The notes under the pieces: model-generated | Database searches by the model: none | Told to the model about the DNA's origin: nothing | What the model saw: the letters and a program-made list of their open reading frames with translations, nothing else | Assembly (NCBI RefSeq): GCF_964204645.1 | Contig: NC_134031.1 | Coordinates: forward strand, 5,518,001-5,582,000 | Direction of reading: 5' to 3' | DNA from: Tubulanus polymorphus | Taxonomy: Eukaryota > Animalia > Nemertea | DNA length: 64,000 bases | Part shown: piece after piece, positions 54,188 to 64,000 of the stretch | Layout: each line of letters starts with the position of its first letter | How positions within the stretch are numbered: the first letter of the stretch is position 1 | Made by a program: the position numbers and the translations under genes

Positions 54188-55042
54188 AACCGTACAAATG
54201 AATTAGAAAAACCAATGACCCCGAATTTTGATGAAAAGTTAAAGAGTTAAGATGATTTTAGATAGAAAATGTTATCATATCAATTGAGGTTGTCCGATGA
54301 TGTAAATTACTTATTGGTTTCGGCCAGCCAGATCACAATGTTCCACAAAAGACATAGGCTATAAGGCTATCAATATTGTTTTCTTTTATCAACATTTCGG
54401 CTGTTGGCAGTCAACAGCCGAAACGTTGTGGTTTCGTTCTGATAAATTATTTCATATAAAATTTGAATTGTGGGACTTCTTCAATTAATCTGCAATATAC
54501 ACGGATTATAGTGTTTCATTCGACTGCTACAACAACAGAAATTTGGCTATAAATCATTGCAAGATAGAAACCTGGAAATATAACAAGAAAACTAACTCGA
54601 AAGTTTATTGACGGACGAAAAGTAACACACGAATTGCTTGATATCATCAGAAATAAATGATATGATATAAATAACATTATACCATAGATCGATAGTTATT
54701 TTTTTTTCATTTGAATATATCGATGATTAAATTGATTTGACCGACAACCAGTCTAGTCCCGATAGATTGATGACGTAGTGCACATCCTTTCAATGATCAA
54801 TTATCAAAAAGACACGAGAATCTATCGACAGTCTTTTGATGGAATGGGATGCAGTGGGTTAAAAGGTTAACGAACACTATTTATGCTATGTGTTAGGAAT
54901 GCTATATAGTGATATTGAAATTGACGTGTTTTTCCGAATAATTTTAAAAAGAAAAGGAATATATAAGAATGTTTATTCTGTAACAACCATCACAATATCG
55001 GTGAACGAAACATAGTATATTCTATTCTGTCCGTTGTACATT

Positions 55043-56041
55043 TCATTTTCGATTCTTCCCCATTCTTACTAAATTGTTCGCCGTCGCTCTGAAGTTGGCG
55101 TTGACCAAATAATAGAGAATGAAATTGACGCAAGAATTTAGAACGGACGTGATGTTATACACGGTGTTAGCCACTTCTATTTTACTATCGGTTATGTATT
55201 GATAGATTTTCGAAACGCAACCCGGAATTTCGAACAGCAGAAATACGACGCTCATCGTGATCACCATTTTCGTAGCTTTCGATTCGGACAGTTTGGAGCT
55301 CGGTCCCGCGTTCGTCATATCTTCACGCTCTTTCAGTTTAACGTATAAGACAATCAAAAGAAGAATATTTGCGATGAAAACTAGAAACGTCGGTATAATT
55401 GCTCGGAGTATGGGATCGATCAAGAAGTTGAACATCGCGAAAATCTCGTGTTGAAACTTAGATCTAAAAGTAACTTCTTCGTCGACACAAATATATTTAT
55501 GCAATACAACAACAGTGAGCGTAGCTGGGTAATACATTCCGAAACCTACAGAAAACGATCCTAGAGCAAATATTACAACTTTAAGACGTGTTTTGGTCAG
55601 AATAAGTCCCGCTGTCAGTGGCATTAAAATCGTAATGAGCCTCTCGACCTGTATCAAAACGGTAAGCCAGTTCCTCATCAACAGGAACGCTTTGTAGAAG
55701 ATCACCGAACCGATGTAGATCCGCGGTTCGACGTTCCACGGAAAATACCGCGCCATCCCCTCGGTCCCAACCCTGCTGTGCAACAAAAAATACCTCAGCG
55801 GTTCTAGAATGAACTGTATTATCAAGAATAGGTTATCGGTGATCGCTAACGTCGACAGCAGAAACGCCGAACGATGGTCGTATTTCAAACGAACAAAAAC
55901 GACGAGTGTCAACGAATTAGACACGAACCCAACGATGATAAACGGCGGTAGAATATAGGCGTTCATCTGCCAACGACCGTCGTTTTGAGTCCAACATTGC
56001 GCCGTATCGTTTACAGGGTCATACCACTCTTCTTCATACAT
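55043..56041 (-). CDS. Intronless rhodopsin-class GPCR, FMRFamide-receptor-like orphan
   Basis: 7 TM segments: VGFVSNSLT, LAITDNL, RNWLTVLIQVERL, FLLFEIP, LNSCVNFILY. First ATG in the ORF is at 56041 (MYEEEWYDPVNDT, NDT sequon); the ORF is open further upstream to 56185. Confidence 0.87.
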   Translation of the reverse strand: MYEEEWYDPVNDTAQCWTQNDGRWQMNAYILPPFIIVGFVSNSLTLVVFVRLKYDHRSAFLLSTLAITDNLFLIIQFILEPLRYFLLHSRVGTEGMARYFPWNVEPRIYIGSVIFYKAFLLMRNWLTVLIQVERLITILMPLTAGLILTKTRLKVVIFALGSFSVGFGMYYPATLTVVVLHKYICVDEEVTFRSKFQHEIFAMFNFLIDPILRAIIPTFLVFIANILLLIVLYVKLKEREDMTNAGPSSKLSESKATKMVITMSVVFLLFEIPGCVSKIYQYITDSKIEVANTVYNITSVLNSCVNFILYYLVNANFRATANNLVRMGKNRK

Positions 56042-58299
56042 GGTTTTGCAAAATATCGAAATCGTCGAGCGCGTATAGTACGTTAAATGTCTGAAACGGA
56101 TTAATGAAAGTTCTAAAGGTTTCTGTTCGTGGGGTGAAGTAAATAGGTCTATCGTGCGAAGTCGTAATCGGAGCAGATTCAACAACTATACAAATATCTA
56201 TGTCGTCAGAACCAGCACCAACTCGACGTGTAAACTGATTCGGCCAATTATAGAAATAACGAGCCCAGATTTTAATTCTTTCTTAACTTTCCATTTCTTT
56301 GAATATCAAATTCACATATTAACGAGTGAATATCGTTTAACATATTTGCGACTGGCAAAGAATCGATCGATACACGTTTGAGTTATCGTAATCAGAATAA
56401 TATTTCGCTGGTAACTTCTGAGTTACACCAACCCGACTGAATCTCAGTTCGATTCAATCATCATGAATTTGGAATAAAAGGAATGAACAGGAAATCTTAC
56501 TTATCGACACCTCATACATTCAAAAATAACAAACTAATGGTGGGGATACTGATAACAAATCTTCAGCAGTTCAATAGCTTCATTCTTTGATTTTATTATA
56601 TTTCCGATATGAAAATGTATTGATACGCAAAAATACGAATCGTTGGTTCCATTTTGGCTTAAATTGTTAGACTGTAGTCATTTTTCATTTACATGATTCA
56701 GATTTTTACCCAATGAAAAACCTCTACTTTTAGATCGATTCAATGCCTTCCTTAATTTCATCTTTTGCACTTTTTAACAATAAAGTATGATATGATTTAT
56801 TCAGGAAACACGTGTTTCCTTAATACTTCGTTATTGTAAGTCTAAGTGGTAGTGCTTGTGATAGGGTCCAGAAAATGTCCAGGTTTGACTAAACTCGATT
56901 TATTTAATGCCTCCATCAATTCCAACTATATACAGTAATATATTTTTATTTTGTTAAGCTGCGCTTAGAAATGTTAACCTGAGTTCGTTTTTAACTGAAC
57001 ATAAAATACGTGTCTAGTCCAACTCGGATCGGATGAGCGTGTTTGATGTAAGGTTGGCGTATTGGTGGTTAAAAGATGTTAGATAAACGCATGAACGGCT
57101 TCGCAGACGGCAGCGCTGCGCTGAACTTTCGACTTTTTTTCCTTGAGTAATAATTTCTCCATGCATAACTAATTATAACGCCTCTACATTCTATACTACA
57201 TACTTTAATAACTTATCTTTATTTCCGATAAACTCAGGTCATTTCCATTAGAGCGAAATACATTTACAGTCACGGAAAAAATAAAAAAATAGAAAATATA
57301 ATAACAGATGGCTGAAACTTTAAGCGGATGTTTTCATAACAGTTGATACAAACATACACAAATCTTTTCATACATTTACGTTTTTTTGTTGCATCGAAGC
57401 TATGAATTTGAAAGGATTTGGATAAGCCGCGTTCACACGACAACTAGTTAGACCGGTCTAAATGGGTCCGTACCTGGTCCGGTCCAAATTTAGACCAAAC
57501 AAAATTTTGGCGAGCGTCCACACGGCGTTTTGACGGCTTGGTTGTCGCGGCGCAAAAACTGTTATGCCCCGTTCCGATGCAAAACTTTCTTTTTTCGAGG
57601 CCCAATGTGTCCGACGCGGTGGAGTTCTCAGACGACCGCGACCGACCTTCAAAATCTCGTCGCGTGCAAGAAACGCGGTTGCTATGGAGTCTCTTTCGTT
57701 GCCAGTTGCCGTATTCAACGCTACCGTATATAGTATATCAGATTGATGTACAAATCTTATATCAAATCTTAATATTTAACCGTTTACAGGTAATATAAAT
57801 GCGGAAATCGTTCTAGAATCTTTATTTCACACTGGCGTTTCACCATCGCACGTGTAATGAAAGGGCAGACTATCGCAGCCTGTATCATAGTGCCACAATA
57901 TCAGTGATTAATCGTATAAGGTTTCAAACTTCTATCGACAAGTTGATTAAATTTCTGCGAATATTTTCGCGTCTGGAATTCACAAGGATTCCCAATTATT
58001 CGGTTGGTTTTTCTGCCTACACGACGCGCTTTCACTCCACGCACATATTTCCTGATGTTCAGGCTTTTCTTGATCGCGATCGCTGATGATTAAAATGATA
58101 AATGGCCCGTTTTTAATCAAAATGCCAGTTCCTATTTTCTGAATAACATCACGGAATATTGCGAAAATGCCCAACTTTGCCGAGAATAAGCTGCAAGGGT
58201 AGTTCTATAAAACTAGAGTGAAAAATTACCGAGGAACAGGATAATGGCGATGTTGCTACGAAACAACTTGCGTTGGTATGATAAAAAGACAATATTTAC

Positions 58300-58535
58300 A
58301 GATTGAAAGTAATAAAAACCGATAATTCTATTGAATCAAAAATACATTAAAAGACACGACGTTTCGATCTCACCATAGAGATCATCTTCGGGAGTGAGAT
58401 TATGACTAAAAACGATACACCCCTCATTTTTTAGTCATACTCTCAAACCTGACACAGGATCTCTAGATCAACGTCGTGTTTATAAATATATTTTTGATTC
58501 AATAAAATTATCTGTTTTTAATACTTTTAAATTTA
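58300..58535. mobile_element. Degenerate Penelope-like fold-back with a mutated hammerhead core
   Basis: Imperfect inverted arms; the minus strand reads CCGAAGA t GATCTC tatggt GAGATC GAAACGTCG (58391-58357). Confidence 0.5.
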
Positions 58536-61500
58536 TAATTTCAATTGTTATTTCGAAACACCAATATTGATGACGTAGTTCACATTGCCTCACACAGTAC
58601 CCCTTATAACGCAGAGTATAGTTATCAATGTATAAAAACTTTTTTGTTACAGCTCATAATCTCAATCGACTGAAGATCATTCATCGACTTCTCTCGATAT
58701 TGTAGTAGCAATCCAATCAATAAACCATTTCATCGATGTCTTTTATCAGGCTCAGTGTCAGGCGTAGATCCTGAGAGGGGGCTGTTCGGGGGGGGAGGGG
58801 TTCGACCAAGTGCCCTTTTGAAAATCACGTGTAGAAAATTCCACCCGACATTGATCTATGAAAAAAGTCCACAGTACTTCTTAAAGCTGTAATATGCACT
58901 AAAAATTGTATAAAAATGTACCTAAATTTTCAATATTAGTGTGTAATAAAGTGCCCTCTTCATATGAGGTGAACCTCCCCCTCCTTTCATCAGCCTGGAT
59001 CTGCCCCTGAGCGTAGAATATCTTCTTATTTCAATATTCTAAGTTCTGTCCTCCGATAGTTCCTCTGATTGTCTGAAATAATTCATATGCACGATAATGG
59101 TCGTTATTGCAGACGGCACCGCGTCGGGGAAAGTATTCTGATTTATTTCGTGTTTCCGCTCGCATGGCGTCACGTGATGTCTGGAAGCGGATACAGAACT
59201 CGCCGGCCCTGATCCCGGATATTCACTATCGGACTCGAAACCTTACGGGAAAATAATTCCTCGTATTATCCGAACAAAATACGACCGATTGTTAACAATG
59301 CAATTTTCCCGTCGCCCTCGCGGCGATTTGTGAGGAAAAAAATTAGTCAGCAATCCCGTCCACAATCGGGCTATCAGACTTTACGTGAATTATATCTCGC
59401 AGTTCAATAATGAGTCAAAGATAATTTGCGTCGCTCGTCGTGCGAAAGTATTTCAGCTTTTCTTGCGATACAACCGATCTAAAATCATCGTATATTGCAG
59501 CCCAAGTTTGAAATAAAACAATATTGTACGAAATACGATTGAACTGGACTGTCCATTGAATTCTTGTGTGTATTCAATATTAAATTTGTCATTCACAGTC
59601 TTTGCAACTTACAACAACGAAAACGGGTGATTGGTATACTGATACGACGTTTCAGTAAAAGTGATGGTACGTAATCAATAAAGCAACGGTTCTTTAAAAT
59701 GGTCGTCATACATTTTATGATGGCACGTTCACAAAAATGAAAGCATCGCCTATAGGTATATATACATTGTGATAGTCATTGGAGCAAAGACACCGATCTT
59801 CAAAAAGGTAATCTGGTTGAAAAAAATTTAAAAGAACCGATTGTAATGTATAAGGGAAGTCTTTGACACCTGTCCTTGTGCCCGACGTAAATATCGTTCA
59901 GACGACTGTCTTCTTCCTCGCTCCCTCATTCGTGTTTCCTTTGTTGACATTTTTTTATTAATTCTTCATTTCCGTGACCTTGTAGTGAACCACGCGCTCC
60001 GGTAATTACCTGTGTAAGCCCTACGTGGACAGGTAATGATGATGGGCGGCAGTGATTCTTATCACTTCGTGTCTCTTATACTTAACGACGTTCAATCACA
60101 AATAATGCACCGCGTGGAGGAGATATGCGTAGAGGAGATGCGCGCCGGACATGCCGTCGACGCTTGAGAAGGATTTACAGTATTGTCAGATTTGCAGTAT
60201 TATCTAGAGTATATGTAACCTCGTAGAGAGAATCTCACAAAGATAACGAAAAACAGTCCTGAAATGTTACTGGAGCTATTAGTTTATTTAACGTTATTGG
60301 TGAAGATGACTATTAGAATATAGTCGAAAAGTAGAATAAACTACTAGCTCCAGTGCAACATTTCGGACTTTTTTCGTAATTATCGTGGAATTCTTTCTAT
60401 ATTATCGTGATTATATAAGCTCGTACCGTACGTAAAATCATTCTCGGTGTTCCACATAGCAGGCCGTGCCGAGCTTTTTTGAGGAACATTTCTGTAGAGT
60501 TTCAAGAAAATGGGTTCAAGAAACGAGCATTTCTCTATTGACGAAGGACAAATCTTGATTTTTGCAGATAACCTAAAGTTAAGCAACGTCTCGTGACGTT
60601 AAATTATCAATACTTATTTCCAATATTAAACAGTAACTTATTAACAATAATTACTTCTCCTCTACAAAAAAAACATGCACGTTTTATCCAAATTTCGAAA
60701 AGTCTTGACCCGAATTTTTGTACACTGACTTTTTGAAGGGTACTTTGATGAGAATTGTAGGGTTTGCGACCCGCAAACACATTTGGGGACGGAGAATTAG
60801 GAAAACTCGAAACATTTACGCGCAATTACTGATGTGGTAAATACATGTCACGCGTCGAGACGGAGTACGGCGCTTAGAAGTTATTGAACTGAAAGCCGGA
60901 GTAAATTAAAAACGGTGATTCATTTTGTTTTGGGTCAATTCAGATTAGAATCTCATGTGTTCCCGACGATGAAATTGTGCAATTGGACCGATGTTAAAAA
61001 TTTGTGTTCGGAGACAATAGCGATCGATATCTTCAGCAAAACGAAGAAAGATCGAACGAAATTCTTTATATAAGATGAAAACTCTTAATACAGAATCGTT
61101 TGCGTGAATCATTGTTTTGCATAACGAATTGAGATAAATGCTCAATTGGGCCTCGTTCAATCAGCATTTTATTACTTCTATTGTTGTTAACTGACCACTT
61201 CGGGCAGTCCACGAGACACCACAGTCTACTGCACAATCGAAGACGTTATGACTCACATACCCTCTGGATTGAGCCTAGTCGAGAGTTTGAAAACGGTTTG
61301 GAGTCGATTAACATTCTAGATGAACACATCAGAGCACACCTATTCCGTTCCGATGCTAAACATACCCTGTATCGATGGCAGAACCTATAGGTTGTGCAGA
61401 GGGAACGGGTTCGTAATGTCAAATCTACAAGTTTCCCGGCGTCTTAAACAACCACGATAGCAGGAGGGTTGCCGCATCCGTTGCCGTGGGGCCACTTCCA

Positions 61501-61594
61501 GTTGAATTTCTCAAAGGCTAAGCAAATGGTCTTTAATATAAAGGACATAATTGGCCGCATCATGGACGTATAAACTAGACGTACGTCCATGACT

Positions 61595-62735
61595 GCACTC
61601 AGTGACGTCAGTGCCGCTTCTTTTCTGGGCAACATTATGGGTTTCGTATTTTTGTTGCTCTGCAAAAGCTATGGGGTGCTATAGCCCCTGCCGACAAAGC
61701 CCTTTAATAGTTCTAGTTTAAGCTAAATGAGCCGAGGTGAGTTGGGGCTGGAAAGAACACAAGCAAACATAATTGTTTGCGTTCGTTCCGTACCCCAACT
61801 CACCTATAGGTCGCAACATATTGTTAGAAATATCACTAGAGGGAAAGATTAATCGTTTTTCGTGATCCTAAAGTGGCTCCCTCCCAATAATACACGTTGA
61901 CTCTCACTGCGCAGATATCCTGACAGCCGGGGGAGATTTTTCCTAATGAAGAATGATAAGTCTCGTTGTACACGCGACGGCTCTTTACACGCGCGCGTCT
62001 CTGATTCACCGTCAACGTCTGATGCAAACAATAGGTTCAAATGATCGGTCATTTTGTATACGTCAATGTCACTGGTAGGCCTATATTTCACACCGCAGCT
62101 GGCTGCTACTGCTGCTGCACCGATCAACTCTGATTCACACACATAATCAACTCGAGTTTGTTGTCATATGACAGATTGCTGCGGCTGCGATTCATTTTCA
62201 TTTTTTTCGTAACTGTCAATTATGTCTACACACTGAGTCATCTTTCCTAGATAAGAAATGTTGCTATTCTCACGCTTGTTATATTCCTTTTCGGAGTCGT
62301 CGATAAAAAGAACTTTATTTCCTAGCGAGATCCCCAGGATAGCAATTTAACGGCTGGAGGTTGATTAGAATGGGCATTAAAACAAAAAAACATGGCCACT
62401 AGAAAAAACACTCGAGTTTGAACGGAATGACGTCATCGCGCTAGCCCTCTCTTAAGTCACGTGATGTCTTGTGATGATAAGTACTAATTTGCGCTAAATA
62501 TCGCGCAGGCGGGCTTCCTCCTGTCGTATGTACTAATCTTATTATTTAGCAGCGATTCGGTTCGGCTGATTCAATCAATTGTGAAAACACGCTACAATTC
62601 ACCGAGCACAGCGCCACTTGTCAACATGAATCATACCTTCAGACGTCTTGCAACAACAACATCTACCCTGTGTAAGTAAATGGAAAATCCGGAAAATCTA
62701 CCGCCACCGGAAGTCGTGTGACGTCACATCGCGTC
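61595..62735. promoter_or_regulatory. Cluster of CRE (TGACGTCA x3), E-box (TCACGTGA) and ETS (CCGGAAGT) motifs
   Basis: TGACGTCA at 61603, 62428 and 62719; TCACGTGA at 62457; CCGGAAGT at 62707. Confidence 0.5.
62626..62671 (+). CDS. Possible first coding exon (MNHTFRRLATTTSTL) of a gene continuing beyond the window
   Basis: CAAC-ATG Kozak context, 46 nt open, then a GTAAGT donor at 62672; embedded in a CpG/CRE/ETS-rich region. No homology recognised. Confidence 0.3.
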
Positions 62736-64000
62736 ACTGTTGCGAATTTCGTCTGCCGAAACCGCGCGGAAAAAGTAATGGAAGGAAAATGTCGGGAGGT
62801 CGTCGACTGATGGACTCGGGTAGCGCACGCAATCTGTCCCAAGCTACCGTCATTAGTCTATTCTTTACTTGTAGAATTAGGCATTTTTCCCGCCGTCGCC
62901 AAATCTTGGATGAAATTATCGCGAATTCGCGCGCGCGTGTTCCGCCGTCTAATGACTGCCATCTCGTCGTCGTCGTTTGGTATAGGATTGCCAATTTTCG
63001 TCGCTCGATCGGTCATTTTTGTGCAAAAGCGTGCTGCGACTAATCACCTATCAACTTCCGAAAATCCACAACAACCGGTAAATACATCACCGTAAGCGCT
63101 GTTCTAACGACACTAATACCCCCACGTCTCCTCTGACCGGCGTGGTCAAAGCCAATAAATCCAATTACCTATTTCTAGTGCAAATAAAAGCGACCGAATA
63201 TTAAGAGCTCTGGCAGAGTATTTTATGGCGCGGCTTAAGACGGCGCGTTGAGTACTAGAGGGTTTGATGGATCGACGCGGAAAGAATGCGAAAATAACCT
63301 GTTCTCCTGGGAAATTAATAATAAACGCCGGTTGAGGTAACGAGCATCCTGTAAGAAATAGCCGTGCGCACTAACCACGAAGACCCTAAATAATTCACTG
63401 ATACACAGTGTGTACATGATCTTTCATTTCTAGATCAATGAAGGGATATGGGCACACGTGTATAAAGACAATATCTAACAAAATGTTCGTTATATAGGCC
63501 TACACTGAAATGTAGAAGTGCCATTCTATAGGGGATGAAAATCAACTTGTTTTTATTGGAACTAATGTTTCGATTTTTTTACCATATATCATCATATAAA
63601 GGGGCCAGTAGCGCGCGCAAAAGTTGGTTAAAGTTTCTATGTCCAGCCAGGGCCAAATTCGGTTTTCGTATCTAGTCGACTAGTGGTCGGAACTAAATAA
63701 TCGAATGCGCTTGGTTTCCGAGCTATTTCCGGAATATAGTTCCGACTAACTGAAATTCGGTTTCACTTAGTTCAGCTATAGTCGACTAACCCAGATAATC
63801 GAAGTTGGCCCATACTGTCTCTAGTCTGTTAGGTCTCAGTCAAGGTTTTAGTTTTAAAATAGAATATCACATTTGCACGAATCACGAGTCCATGTTTGGT
63901 TAAACACAAAGGCAATGGAGTTATCACATACTGGGACCAGTTGCTTGAAAGTTATTAGTACGTAAGTTGACATAGTGACATTTAAAAGTTCATCGTTATT

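Larger units (their letters stand above)
47900..54215. repeat. Inverted segmental duplication (arms ~47900-49910 and ~51925-54215) carrying the two LicD genes
   Basis: CDS near-identical; diverged upstream blocks match in reverse complement (GGCTTGGATGAACCA 49605/52283, GCGCCATGTGTTGTTGA 49796/52003, GCTCGTAGCCGCAACC 49884/51938). Confidence 0.9.

Noticed and set aside
62648-63095. 131-aa and related ORFs
   Set aside because: Non-ATG starts, Arg/Ser-rich low-information translation of CpG-rich regulatory DNA.

Overview
Eukaryotic (invertebrate metazoan, probably spiralian) genomic DNA with AT-rich introns and GT-AG spliced genes; not prokaryotic and no CRISPR array. Gene order: GUCD1 (-) head-to-head with a CARD-type caspase (+); mitoguardin/MIGA (-) head-to-head with GAPVD1 (+, 20 coding exons, with an intronless rhodopsin-class GPCR nested on the same strand in one intron); tRNA-Arg(UCG); NmrA-like/NMRAL1 (+); two divergent, ~95% identical LicD/fukutin-family genes in an inverted duplication whose spacer holds a solo LTR; a second intronless GPCR (-); and a CRE/ETS/E-box-rich region with a probable first exon at the right end. 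Introns are packed with non-autonomous elements (piggyBac-like TTAA MITEs, Harbinger-like MITEs, Tc1/pogo MITE, L2 LINE fragments, Penelope-like fold-backs with hammerhead-ribozyme cores). Most notable: the caspase keeps its His/Cys dyad but appears to lack the S1 arginines that confer Asp specificity; both LicD paralogues have a rewritten catalytic motif; and a 115-bp near-perfect hairpin carries two back-to-back hammerhead cores upstream of the nested GPCR. Exon structures were derived by hand and family assignments come from motif recognition, not database searches.
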